Shown: positions 1 through 8,426 of the stretch, piece after piece | Layout of the letters: every line of letters starts with the position of its first letter | How positions within the stretch are numbered: position 1 is the first letter of the stretch | Virus record (IMG/VR): IMGVR_UViG_3300021426_000070 | Span: 65,360 to 129,359 of that record | DNA: 64,000 nt | Direction: 5' to 3' (one strand) | Source of the DNA: a virus | Taxonomy: Duplodnaviria > Caudoviricetes | Notes under the pieces: model-generated | The model's database searches: none | Seen by the model: the letters and a program-made list of their open reading frames with translations, nothing else | Told to the model about the DNA's origin: nothing | Translations under genes and position numbers: made by a program

Positions 1-493
1 CTTGCTCGTCAACACCGTTATAACCGAACATATAACCCGATATCACCTCGCAAAAACGCTGTACCATCCAACGGGAACGCATCTCTACACCCAATCGCTG
101 ACAGAACCGCAAGAAGAAATGGTTGGTGAAATGTATCACACATTTGTCGTCATTTTTGAAATCGTACATGTTACGACCCACAATGAAAGCACCGACAGAC
201 CCGTACGTCTCATAGTAACAGAACGCTACGGGCATAGTGTTGACACTACCCGCATCTTTGTAGTATTGGCAGCACTCGAAGACCATCCATCTGTTACCCT
301 TCGGAGAGATATACTCTACGATATCAGAAATCTGTGTTTTCTTTGACTGCCGACATTGGAAAAGGAGCTTGTCACGCATAGCCTCATAGCCTTTGTCGCC
401 ATGATACTTCTTTCTCAGCCAAAAGAAGGCTTTCTGCTCTTCTTCGGTCAACTCGCTTACTATCTGCTTATGTGGTGTTAAGATGCTAATCAT
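1..493 (-). CDS. Hypothetical phage protein, 3'-truncated by window edge (MISILTPHKQ...FTNHFFLRFCQR...)
   Basis: Manually translated frame open from ATG at 493 to the window edge; same strand as neighbours; not in ORF track. Confidence 0.75.
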   Translation of the reverse strand, partial: MISILTPHKQIVSELTEEEQKAFFWLRKKYHGDKGYEAMRDKLLFQCRQSKKTQISDIVEYISPKGNRWMVFECCQYYKDAGSVNTMPVAFCYYETYGSVGAFIVGRNMYDFKNDDKCVIHFTNHFFLRFCQRLGVEMRSRWMVQRFCEVISGYMFGYNGVDEQ

Positions 494-504
494 AATGTTA
501 TTTT

Positions 505-942
505 TTATTTATTACCCGTATGACCGAAACCGCCATCGTTGCGCTCTGTATCATCAAGGACATCAACGGTTAAGAACTCTGCCTTCTCGTGCTTTGCGAT
601 AACCATCTGAGCGATACGCTCACCATTCTCAATAACGAAATCCTCGCTAGACAGATTGACGAGTATCACGCCTATCTCACCTCTATAATCGGCATCGATG
701 GTGCCGGGGGCATTAAGAACGGTGATACCTTTCTTTAAAGCCAACCCGCTACGTGGGCGCACCTGTGCCTCGTAACCCTTTGGCAAAGCGATAAACAATC
801 CCGTTGGAACAAGCTTGCGCTCTAACGGCTTCAACACAATGGGCTCACTATTGTTTGCCCTCAAATCCATGCCTGCGCTCTGTGCTGTGGCATACGTGGG
901 GAGCGGTTGCCCACCCTTATTCACTACTCTTACTTTTAGCAT
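505..942 (-). CDS. dut: dUTPase (trimeric type)
   Basis: Motifs [24 protein letters not shown], RxxGGFGHTG. Confidence 0.97.
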   Translation of the reverse strand: MLKVRVVNKGGQPLPTYATAQSAGMDLRANNSEPIVLKPLERKLVPTGLFIALPKGYEAQVRPRSGLALKKGITVLNAPGTIDADYRGEIGVILVNLSSEDFVIENGERIAQMVIAKHEKAEFLTVDVLDDTERNDGGFGHTGNK

Positions 943-1086
943 TATCTTTTTCTTTTAAACACTTCTTATAACCTTCAAGGAAGCCCAACGTCATGATGTG
1001 CTTCTCATAATCGGAGAATATAACGCCTATCGCATGCTGTTGCTGCAGCGCATACTCTTCTATAACCCATTTAGCATTGTCGTAAT

Positions 1087-1437
1087 TCATAATACAATCT
1101 TCTCACCTAACTTATACACAACTTGCGCCTTCAGATACTCTTCACCGTCTTCGACATACGACACGAGTTCGCCATTCTCGTCCTCGAAAAGCTCTATCCA
1201 CGCCTCTTCAATCTTGCATGTGTACGTATCATGCCCACAAGCAAACTGAACGATATCATAGTGCCTAGGTTGGAGCTCACCGTTCACCTCTCGCACATAC
1301 CCGTCTTCGTCCAAATCACAATACTTCTTTTGTGTGTTCGGGCGAATCTCTCTCTTGTACTCAGTTACAAGTTTCTGTCTGATAGCCTCTAGTGACTGAG
1401 GCTTTGTTGCTAACTTTAATATATCCATTTTAACCAC
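1087..1437 (-). CDS. ASCH/PUA-like domain protein
   Basis: N-terminal L..I..K..EYKREIRP pattern and C-terminal YKLGE strand resemble phage ASCH proteins. Confidence 0.5.
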   Translation of the reverse strand: MVKMDILKLATKPQSLEAIRQKLVTEYKREIRPNTQKKYCDLDEDGYVREVNGELQPRHYDIVQFACGHDTYTCKIEEAWIELFEDENGELVSYVEDGEEYLKAQVVYKLGEKIVL

Positions 1438-2086
1438 TTGTTAATCCTAACGTATTTCTGTTTACGCCACCTTTGGGCACTTCTTTGTTTCTTGCCTTAA
1501 TCATAGCATCATAGCTCTTGTGGAGCTTTACCTTGTCACCATCTACAATAGCCATACTATTATGCTTGCTGATAACCTCACCAAGTGATTTTGGCAATAC
1601 CATAGCAAAGACATCGGGACGTTCGCTGCCATCCCATCCTTCAGGAGCGTATTCGTCATTGAACTTCACCCTACCCGTTGCCTTTGCGCCATACCTAGCA
1701 TACATACTAGCTAGCTTGTCACCATAGCAGTCAAGCTTCTTGCCACCAAGAGCAACAGCATAAGGAATTAGCTTACCTAGGCTATTTGAACCCTTGACAC
1801 TAGAGAATACCGACACCACATCACCATTACGTTTGATAGCTAACCCCGCTTTGCCGTCTGAGGTAAGATACAAACGCATACGCCCATACTCTTTTTCTGT
1901 GTGTAAGTCCACCTTCCATCCGTGGGCATTAGCAGCCTTACCGCTTGCTATAGCAGCATGAAAAACCTTTGGCGACACTCTGTTAAGAGAAAGGTTGCTG
2001 TGCTTGATACCATTTCTCTCTAACTCAGAGTTTACACGGAGTGATACAGCCCTAGCGTAAATTTGTTCTCTTGTAAAACTACTCAT
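1430..2086 (-). CDS. GNAT-like fold protein
   Basis: GDVVSVFS...AVALGGKKLDCY...MYARYG...FNDEYAPEGW pattern resembles phage GNAT-like domains. Confidence 0.5.
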   Translation of the reverse strand: MSSFTREQIYARAVSLRVNSELERNGIKHSNLSLNRVSPKVFHAAIASGKAANAHGWKVDLHTEKEYGRMRLYLTSDGKAGLAIKRNGDVVSVFSSVKGSNSLGKLIPYAVALGGKKLDCYGDKLASMYARYGAKATGRVKFNDEYAPEGWDGSERPDVFAMVLPKSLGEVISKHNSMAIVDGDKVKLHKSYDAMIKARNKEVPKGGVNRNTLGLTSG

Positions 2087-2103
2087 CTTTCTTGTGACTC
2101 GGC

Positions 2104-2283
2104 TTACATAGTATAATAGTCAGCCCACTCTGTAGGGCTATCATAAGTCTTGTTTACATACTCAAGGTAGTTATCATCCATTTTGTCGATAACCGCACGT
2201 GCCTCTGTTTCACTATAAACAGACTCGCCCGTAGCTTCATTCTTTACGGCTATAAGAGCCTTATACAAACCCTCTTTTGTCAT
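2104..2283 (-). CDS. Small acidic hypothetical protein (59 aa, MTKEGLYKAL...)
   Basis: Manual translation; A-rich leader; fills gap between genes. Confidence 0.6.
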   Translation of the reverse strand: MTKEGLYKALIAVKNEATGESVYSETEARAVIDKMDDNYLEYVNKTYDSPTEWADYYTM

Positions 2284-2326
2284 ATTTAATAATTTATTTT
2301 GTTATAACCAATATTCTTTCACTTTT

Positions 2327-2557
2327 TCATTGTTCACTATCTGTTACGTGCCATTTGCCATCCAAATTCTCAGACAACCACTGACCTTTATAAGCCTTGG
2401 TAAACATCTTATCCGCCATAAGGGACGGACTGAGCAATACAACAATACCACCCTTTGCCGAACTTAACTTTTTCAGTCCTAGTACACAAGGCAGATTAAA
2501 CAAGTCCTCTAGACTCTTGAACTCTATCTTTATGCTCTGTATATAACCTCTCTTCAT
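2327..2557 (-). CDS. Hypothetical protein
   Basis: ORF track, codirectional. Confidence 0.65.
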   Translation of the reverse strand: MKRGYIQSIKIEFKSLEDLFNLPCVLGLKKLSSAKGGIVVLLSPSLMADKMFTKAYKGQWLSENLDGKWHVTDSEQ

Positions 2558-2615
2558 TTTGCCTATTTTTAAGCCGCCTACGGGCTTTTACACCCGCAAG
2601 CGGTACGTTTTACCA

Positions 2616-2708
2616 CTAATCATCTAAATCCTCGTCTGTGAGCCCGTAATCGGGGTCATGATGGTCGTAACCCGAAGGATTTGTTCTAAGCCATTCACTG
2701 AAATCCAT
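2616..2708 (-). CDS. 30-aa acidic peptide MDFSEWLRTNPSGYDHHDPDYGLTDEDLDD
   Basis: Directly downstream of promoter TATCTTTG (2757-2764) and a copy of the pseudoknot leader motif. Confidence 0.5.
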   Translation of the reverse strand: MDFSEWLRTNPSGYDHHDPDYGLTDEDLDD

Positions 2709-2813
2709 AATCTTATGCAATGTTTATCGTGTTGCCCCCACGTCTAAATGTTTTTGCAAAGATACGCATTTATACTTTAATAAACAAGAATTTAGACAAG
2801 AAAGTTATCTGAT

Positions 2814-3143
2814 TTAACTTTTATTCAGAATACGCTGCAATAATGTGCGTGATTTTAACTTTTCAATCTCGTCACGCAAATTTGCGACCTCTTCTAGCAT
2901 CTTATCATTCTTAGCTCGGTATTTTTGGCATTTCTCTTCCAACAAGTTATTGTTATGCCTAAGAGTGTCATTCTCTCTCTTGAACTTCTCGATATGCTCG
3001 GATAGAAAGGAGACTTGTCCTTTTAGGTCTCGCACCGTCTTTTCAAGTGACTTGATGGCAGCATTATTATAGAGATTATCCATTATGTTGCCTCTTATGA
3101 CTCTATTTGAGCCGCCTATACTTTCTACTTCTCTTTGTTTCAT
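2814..3143 (-). CDS. Coiled-coil hypothetical protein
   Basis: Heptad-rich; ends RTLLQRILNK. Confidence 0.7.
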   Translation of the reverse strand: MKQREVESIGGSNRVIRGNIMDNLYNNAAIKSLEKTVRDLKGQVSFLSEHIEKFKRENDTLRHNNNLLEEKCQKYRAKNDKMLEEVANLRDEIEKLKSRTLLQRILNKS

Positions 3144-3190
3144 AGTTATTCTATTGCTTTAAAAAGAGAAAAGGGCACTAAGCCCCTTTC

Positions 3191-3712
3191 TTATAGGTTG
3201 GTATTAATTACTTCGCCCATGGCGAAATAGAAAAGTAGTGGTCGGTTCTTCTCACCTCGTGCCTCGAAAGCCGCAAGGTCATCGTCAAGCTCATGACAAC
3301 CGAACTGCTCTTGTAGCATCTGAACATCTTCTTTGCAAAGAGCGATAACGCCGTTCTGAATGCACTCGCAATCCAAATGCCATGAATTGTTGTAGTTGTG
3401 GAAATGTACGCTGCGGACAATACGCAAAGGAGTGATAATACCCGCTTGCAGCATTTCTTGTGTTTCTTTGTCGTTCTTGTGCAGCTCAATGTAGCGGTCA
3501 ACGTTAGCATCGAACAGACGGCTGCAATAGTGCGGGCTGTAAGCACGGAACTCTACCGTCTTCTTACCATTCTTGATGTCCTCAGCGTAATTGCGCTTCA
3601 TAACCAAGTTAAGACTATCTACTGCCGCTGACTTAGGGCACTCGGGATGCGCCTTGTAAAAAGCTTCGTAACGCTGCATCCAAGCGTTCATTTCTTTTGC
3701 GTTCATACTCAT
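3191..3712 (-). CDS. ASCH domain protein
   Basis: LNLVMKRNYAEDIKNGKKTVEFR matches the ASCH GxKxxExR signature. Confidence 0.8.
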   Translation of the reverse strand: MSMNAKEMNAWMQRYEAFYKAHPECPKSAAVDSLNLVMKRNYAEDIKNGKKTVEFRAYSPHYCSRLFDANVDRYIELHKNDKETQEMLQAGIITPLRIVRSVHFHNYNNSWHLDCECIQNGVIALCKEDVQMLQEQFGCHELDDDLAAFEARGEKNRPLLFYFAMGEVINTNL

Positions 3713-3746
3713 TTGTTATTTTATCGTTTATTGAAATTTTTCAGAG

Positions 3747-3819
3747 TTGCGGCGGGGGAACTCGAATCCCCGACCTCCACCAAGTCAAAGTGGCAAGCTA
3801 CCATCTGCTCCACGCCGCG
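3747..3819 (-). tRNA. Atypical tRNA: initiator (fMet-type) body with GAC (Val) anticodon
   Basis: 73-nt cloverleaf CGCGGCG-TG-GAGC AGATGGTA GCTT-G-CCACT TTGACTT GGTGG-AGGTC-GGGGA TTCGAGT TCCCC-CGCCGCA-A; C1:A72 mismatch, A11:U24. Confidence 0.85.
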
Positions 3820-4318
3820 ATATTATTCTCTTGTTTATTATAAAACTTAAAGTACCTTTACTGCTTATATTATATTCTTGCATTAACTTCTTATATGATA
3901 CGCCATTTTGATTTTTCTTCTTTATCTCAAGTGCTATTTCGTCAGAAATCCTATTTTGTGTTTTTACCGCACTTGAAGCGTATTTTGCATTATAAACCCT
4001 AACTTCTTTAGGCACGTCCATCATATTTTCTTTATGTGTGCCAATATCTATATTACTATAGCTATTATCCTTAATATCGTTGTTTAAATGCCTTATTTCT
4101 AAATCTTTCTCATATATCTTATTACCAAACTTCTGATACGCTTGTAATCGATGGATATAAACCTTTATTACCTTCTTTTGGCTAACACGAACACCTAGAT
4201 ACATATAACCTTCTCTACCACAAGTACCTACTTTATTACCTCGTGGCGAATAGGCTTGTCCGCTTTTGTCAACGTAATAGCCCATTGATTTTGCAATCTC
4301 TTCGTAATGACTATACAT
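3785..4318 (-). CDS. HNH homing endonuclease (likely start 4318)
   Basis: YIHRL...IRHLNNDIKDNSYSNI...HKEN HNH_3-type motif, C-terminal HTH-like segment; AT-rich; promoter at 4339-4346. Confidence 0.85.
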   Translation of the reverse strand: MYSHYEEIAKSMGYYVDKSGQAYSPRGNKVGTCGREGYMYLGVRVSQKKVIKVYIHRLQAYQKFGNKIYEKDLEIRHLNNDIKDNSYSNIDIGTHKENMMDVPKEVRVYNAKYASSAVKTQNRISDEIALEIKKKNQNGVSYKKLMQEYNISSKGTLSFIINKRIISRRGADGSLPL

Positions 4319-4411
4319 ATCTTTTCTTTTCTCGCTTGCAAAGATAGCCACTTTATCTGACTTTGGCATATGTTTATCCATTTCTCTCGTTACCATTTAT
4401 AAAGTGTACCA

Positions 4412-4915
4412 TCAAGCGACCTTTGTTATAATAGTGCGGTATGACACGGACTTGATATTACCATCAGCGTCCATCAACCTAATCTTCTCGAGCATATAGT
4501 TAAACGAGACGAACTTGTATTCTACGCCATTGCTGACAACCCTATCGCCTACCTTGATATTACGGAAGCTGTCCTCTTCGAACTGCCGCCAAAACTCATC
4601 CTTGTCAAAGCCCTCGACCTCTTCGTCATTGGTATCGTCCCACACATCGACATTACCTATTGCATCAATGCCGTCAGCGAAAACATAGCCCGCCTCATAA
4701 TCTATCCACGTGCCGAAAACATGTTCAAAGTTATCGTCCCGAAACTCACTAGCATAAGTAACCTCTATATCTATCTGATACCTTACGCCTTCGTACTCTA
4801 CATAGATGGTAGGGTAGAAATCGAACCCGTCACCGCAGTCATAAGAAGACTGCTTATCCATAATCTTCTTATATACCTCTTTATAGAACTCTTGCGTAAA
4901 ATCAATGTGCTTCAT
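4412..4915 (-). CDS. Highly acidic hypothetical protein
   Basis: ORF track; D/E/aromatic-rich. Confidence 0.7.
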   Translation of the reverse strand: MKHIDFTQEFYKEVYKKIMDKQSSYDCGDGFDFYPTIYVEYEGVRYQIDIEVTYASEFRDDNFEHVFGTWIDYEAGYVFADGIDAIGNVDVWDDTNDEEVEGFDKDEFWRQFEEDSFRNIKVGDRVVSNGVEYKFVSFNYMLEKIRLMDADGNIKSVSYRTIITKVA

Positions 4916-4930
4916 ATCGTTGTGCAGTTT

Positions 4931-5143
4931 TTAATGTGAGTCATTTATATTGTTACCATCTAGATACCAATCATTCGTCTTCAAAACTTGCTCACCTGTT
5001 CTATTCTCACAAACTGCAATCCCACCATCATAAATACCATATGTATCTGAACAAGGGTCACATGCAAAATGGATATATACATCATACTCGTCTAATAACG
5101 ACTTGAGCTTATCTAAAAACTCTCTTTTCTTCTCATTTCTCAT
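4931..5143 (-). CDS. Hypothetical protein
   Basis: ORF track; preceded by motif-bearing leader. Confidence 0.7.
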   Translation of the reverse strand: MRNEKKREFLDKLKSLLDEYDVYIHFACDPCSDTYGIYDGGIAVCENRTGEQVLKTNDWYLDGNNINDSH

Positions 5144-5151
5144 AACTTTGT

Positions 5152-5276
5152 GCAGTTTTTAACGTGTGCCTCACGCTCTTAGAGAAAACCACCTATATCT
5201 TCACAGACGGGGTGGTTATAAACATTAGTAAAAAATTAACAAAAAATTAATAAAACTTGTAGATGATGCAAAGGTA
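5152..5276 (-). promoter_or_regulatory. Regulatory cassette: promoter TACCTTTG (5269-5276), GTGA-loop hairpin (5187-5217), pseudoknot-like leader (5152-5176)
   Basis: Same architecture repeated at 44447-44578. Confidence 0.7.
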
Positions 5277-5383
5277 AACAAAAAAATTTAACCCCGCAAG
5301 TTTTTACGGGGTTTTCTGTTCGACTTTAACGTTTATTAAACTATCAACAATCGAACAGCGTGGATGAAAGTGGTTGTTGTTAA

Positions 5384-5818
5384 TCAATCCTCGACAAACT
5401 CTAAGTGACACCCTAGGGCTTCACCTATATTGCCTAGTATATCTATTGAGACATCATAGCGTCCACACTCAATGCCATCTAGGTTACGCACCTTTATGCC
5501 AGTGGACTCTTCAATCTGTTTCAAGGTCTTGCCTTTCATCTTGCGTGTCATGGCAATGACATCACCAATCATCACCCGATGGAGGTTGCGGTTCTTGTAT
5601 TTCCGTTCACCGCCTTGTGTGCTGAGGTACGCAATCTCGTAGTTGCCGACCTTCAGCGCATTTACATTGTCGGGCATTACCTTTGTCTTTGGTGGCATAG
5701 GGAAGAACTCGGAAGAGCCGTTGATGAGCTCTATATCCTCACCATCACGTGCAGACAGATACTGAGCCAACCGCAGAGCATCGTCATAATACAATTCTGT
5801 GTACCTTATCTTTTTCAT
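5384..5818 (-). CDS. XRE-family HTH protein (C-terminal HTH; likely start 5818)
   Basis: IGDVIAMTRKMKGKTLKQIEESTG...IECGRYDVSIDILGNIGEALG. Confidence 0.85.
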   Translation of the reverse strand: MKKIRYTELYYDDALRLAQYLSARDGEDIELINGSSEFFPMPPKTKVMPDNVNALKVGNYEIAYLSTQGGERKYKNRNLHRVMIGDVIAMTRKMKGKTLKQIEESTGIKVRNLDGIECGRYDVSIDILGNIGEALGCHLEFVED

Positions 5819-5822
5819 GCTG

Positions 5823-5901
5823 CAAATATAATACATTTTCCTAAATGTAGCAAGCGAAATCAATAAAATATGTTGATTTTGTGAGAAAATAGGTAACTTT
5901 G
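5823..5901. promoter_or_regulatory. Divergent Bacteroidota promoters (TATATTTG on -, TAACTTTG on +)
   Basis: TAnnTTTG elements each 4 nt from the ATG of an HTH gene. Confidence 0.75.
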
Positions 5902-5905
5902 CGGT

Positions 5906-6103
5906 ATGGAAAAGAGTAAATTACTTCGTATTGGAGACGTTCTTAAAGAGAAGAATATAACAAACAGAGAGTTTGCAAAGCGTTTAGGCAAATCTCCGCA
6001 ATACACCAACGCCATCATCAAGGAGCGTTCGGGTGCATCATTAACCATGCTTGCGACAATGGCGGACACCCTAGGCGTGAACATAAAGGAATTATTCATT
6101 TAA
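5906..6103 (+). CDS. Cro/CI-type XRE HTH regulator
   Basis: LRIGDVLKEKNITNREFAKRLG...SLTMLATMADTLGVNIKELF. Confidence 0.9.
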   Translation: MEKSKLLRIGDVLKEKNITNREFAKRLGKSPQYTNAIIKERSGASLTMLATMADTLGVNIKELFI

Positions 6104-6114
6104 TTTTTATAGAC

Positions 6115-6411
6115 ATGTGGATAAAAGATACGCAAAAACAAGAGTACGTTCCGTTTGACACTGAGCACACATCAAAGGTGTTCTTGGACGGAGAAAAAGG
6201 TTGGGCGGTCAAACAGAAAGACGGCTCAGTCATTCATGTAACAAAAGAGCAGTATGAAAAGCAGTTGCTCCGTGAGCTCGACCCCGATGCTTATTGGAAA
6301 ATCAGAAACATCGAGGATGTGGCAAAGGGGCTTACCGATGAAGAAACTGCAAAAGTGAAGAAACTCTTAAAGCAGATTGAAAAGTCGAAAAAGAAAGAGG
6401 AGGATGATTAA
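6115..6411 (+). CDS. Hypothetical protein
   Basis: Downstream of the HTH gene on + strand. Confidence 0.7.
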   Translation: MWIKDTQKQEYVPFDTEHTSKVFLDGEKGWAVKQKDGSVIHVTKEQYEKQLLRELDPDAYWKIRNIEDVAKGLTDEETAKVKKLLKQIEKSKKKEEDD

Positions 6412-6605
6412 TCCCCCTCTTTTTCATTCTTCAGAAGCTCGATGGCAACGGCTCTGAGATAAGCATCACCCGCCTTAATCTGTTCTTCTTCCGATAGGTC
6501 TTTCACTTGCTGAAGCCTTTCTTTCCACTTTGGATAGATATTCTTCTCTGCAACCAACACGGCTTTTACGACACTCATGAAATGTGCAATTCTCTCTTCA
6601 TTCAT
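6408..6605 (-). CDS. Hypothetical protein
   Basis: ORF track; start overlaps upstream gene. Confidence 0.65.
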   Translation of the reverse strand: MNEERIAHFMSVVKAVLVAEKNIYPKWKERLQQVKDLSEEEQIKAGDAYLRAVAIELLKNEKEGD

Positions 6606-7017
6606 CGTCTTTCTTGTTTAAATAATCCAACATATCGCTTATTATCAAATCAACGCTGTTACGGAAACTCTGATAGGTGGAATAGAAAAAAAGAGCGGTC
6701 TTGTAGTCACGTGAAACGCCCGTTGGCGTACATCCTACTATTGTCGATACACTCTCCCTAAGCCTATGCCTCATCACCTCACCGACCAATGTAGCGGGTG
6801 AGAAGATATACAATATAGCATAAAGGAACTTCTTTCGGTTGTTTGTATCGTTAGGCTCTGCCGTAGGGTCTTGCTTCCTTATGGAAAGACAGAAGACATC
6901 ATACAGATTGCCTATCATGCCCATGTTCTGCGCAAAGGGTTCTGACAGCTCACGCTCCTTCTCCCTCAGCGCATCCATCTGCGCATGCACCTCTCTTAAC
7001 CTCTCTACCTTACTCAT
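6598..7017 (-). CDS. Helical phage protein, probable paralog of 43196-43591
   Basis: Similar layout: coiled coil, F(L/V)Y hydrophobic helix, HRxR, (V/I)SRxY..A. Confidence 0.6.
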   Translation of the reverse strand: MSKVERLREVHAQMDALREKERELSEPFAQNMGMIGNLYDVFCLSIRKQDPTAEPNDTNNRKKFLYAILYIFSPATLVGEVMRHRLRESVSTIVGCTPTGVSRDYKTALFFYSTYQSFRNSVDLIISDMLDYLNKKDDE

Positions 7018-7225
7018 TCTTTGCTCGCTTGAAATAAACGTCTCCTAACACTTCCCTAAACGTAGCACATGGCACATTGCCGCTGAATTGGTTATCATCG
7101 GCATAGTCATCACACAGATAGTTCAATGAACACTCGTCACACTTCGAATAGTCATCATTAAGCACCACCTTATGCTCAACACCCTCGATAACTATCACGT
7201 TTTTCTTATTCAACCGCCTTGCCAT
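7010..7225 (-). CDS. Small Cys-rich protein, probable paralog of 43610-43912
   Basis: EGVxxKVV...CxxC...C...VxF. Confidence 0.6.
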   Translation of the reverse strand: MARRLNKKNVIVIEGVEHKVVLNDDYSKCDECSLNYLCDDYADDNQFSGNVPCATFREVLGDVYFKRAKNE

Positions 7226-7230
7226 TGTCT

Positions 7231-7986
7231 TTAAGCTCTTTGTTTGCGTTTCTTCTCTTCTTCCTCTTCCACGAGCTCGTTATAAGCTGCAGTAATGTTC
7301 TTTTCTATCCTATCATAATCGAGTAGCTTGGTGTCTATGGCTTTCAATGCCTCTTGACATTTCACGCACTCGGATAAGTTCACATCACTCTCTTGCTTGT
7401 CTTTCTCGAAAAGCTCGGTAAACATCATATTCCATTTCAGCAATGCCGACTTAGGACAGAACATAGTGTATAGCGGTGAGAAGTCACGCCCAAATTTCCC
7501 TCTCAGCTCTTTCATCAGCGTGTCGTACGAATTGATGCAATATTCCAAAAGGACTAACGAGGTATTGACATGTGCGTACAACTCTGCCTCTTTGACATTA
7601 TGCGCCTCGAGCTCTTCTTTCATACTATCACGGAACGCCTTGCAGTCCGCCTCTACATCTATACAGCAATTGGTTGAATAATTCTCGAAGAGCTGCCTAT
7701 TACCATACCGCAAGATAATATTAATCGTATCATTCAGCTCCTTTCTCGCCTCCTTAGCCAAACGCTTAATCTTGTGCTTGAATACATCTAGTCTCGTGTA
7801 GAAAACCTCGAAACACTCGGATATTGCCGTAGATGCCACCTCGCAGTTCACATAACAGCAATACATCAGCAACTTCTCCGACCAACGTAATTGCTCTTGC
7901 AGCTCTTTGACCGCCTCTTGCTCATTCTTCAAGCCGATAGGAAAACTATACTTACGCCCATTATAATTAACAACTACACTTCTCAT
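7231..7986 (-). CDS. Hypothetical helical protein
   Basis: ORF track. Confidence 0.7.
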   Translation of the reverse strand: MRSVVVNYNGRKYSFPIGLKNEQEAVKELQEQLRWSEKLLMYCCYVNCEVASTAISECFEVFYTRLDVFKHKIKRLAKEARKELNDTINIILRYGNRQLFENYSTNCCIDVEADCKAFRDSMKEELEAHNVKEAELYAHVNTSLVLLEYCINSYDTLMKELRGKFGRDFSPLYTMFCPKSALLKWNMMFTELFEKDKQESDVNLSECVKCQEALKAIDTKLLDYDRIEKNITAAYNELVEEEEEKKRKQRA

Positions 7987-8426
7987 TTCTCTAACTCAAA
8001 ATTTTGGTTGACTTCACTTACAGAAAAGACACGGTCTGCCACCCCACTTGACTCCACTAACACGCCCCTTGCGTATGTGTCCTTTGACGTACAGACATTG
8101 ACAAAACCTTTAATGCGATAGGAACGCTTCACTTCTTTTTTCGCACATAAGCCGTCAATATAGGACTCCACCGTTTCTATGCACGTCACATGGTCGCCAA
8201 CCTTGAACTTACACTTGTCATTACCGCCGTAAAAACGCATTTTCGACAATGCTGTCGCTATATACTCCTGTGCCCTTATGATGTTCTCGTCATTGCCGCC
8301 TTTAAGGTCTGAGCATGCAAAGAAATTGGCAATGGGCACACCCTCATCAATGTGCCTCATCACCTCATAGATAAACATCTTCAAGTGAGCTACCTCTGTT
8401 ACTATCGTTATATCCTCAATCGTCAT
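7983..8426 (-). CDS. Hypothetical protein with C-terminal SH3-like (FKVGD) segment
   Basis: KFKVGDHV motif. Confidence 0.6.
   Translation of the reverse strand: MTIEDITIVTEVAHLKMFIYEVMRHIDEGVPIANFFACSDLKGGNDENIIRAQEYIATALSKMRFYGGNDKCKFKVGDHVTCIETVESYIDGLCAKKEVKRSYRIKGFVNVCTSKDTYARGVLVESSGVADRVFSVSEVNQNFELEK

Noticed and set aside
5152-5176. Pseudoknot motif as a conserved peptide (RE(A/T)(H/L)(V/I))
   Set aside because: The peptide is absent in the 2717 and 4924 copies and most copies lack a start codon; paired nucleotide changes fit RNA structure better
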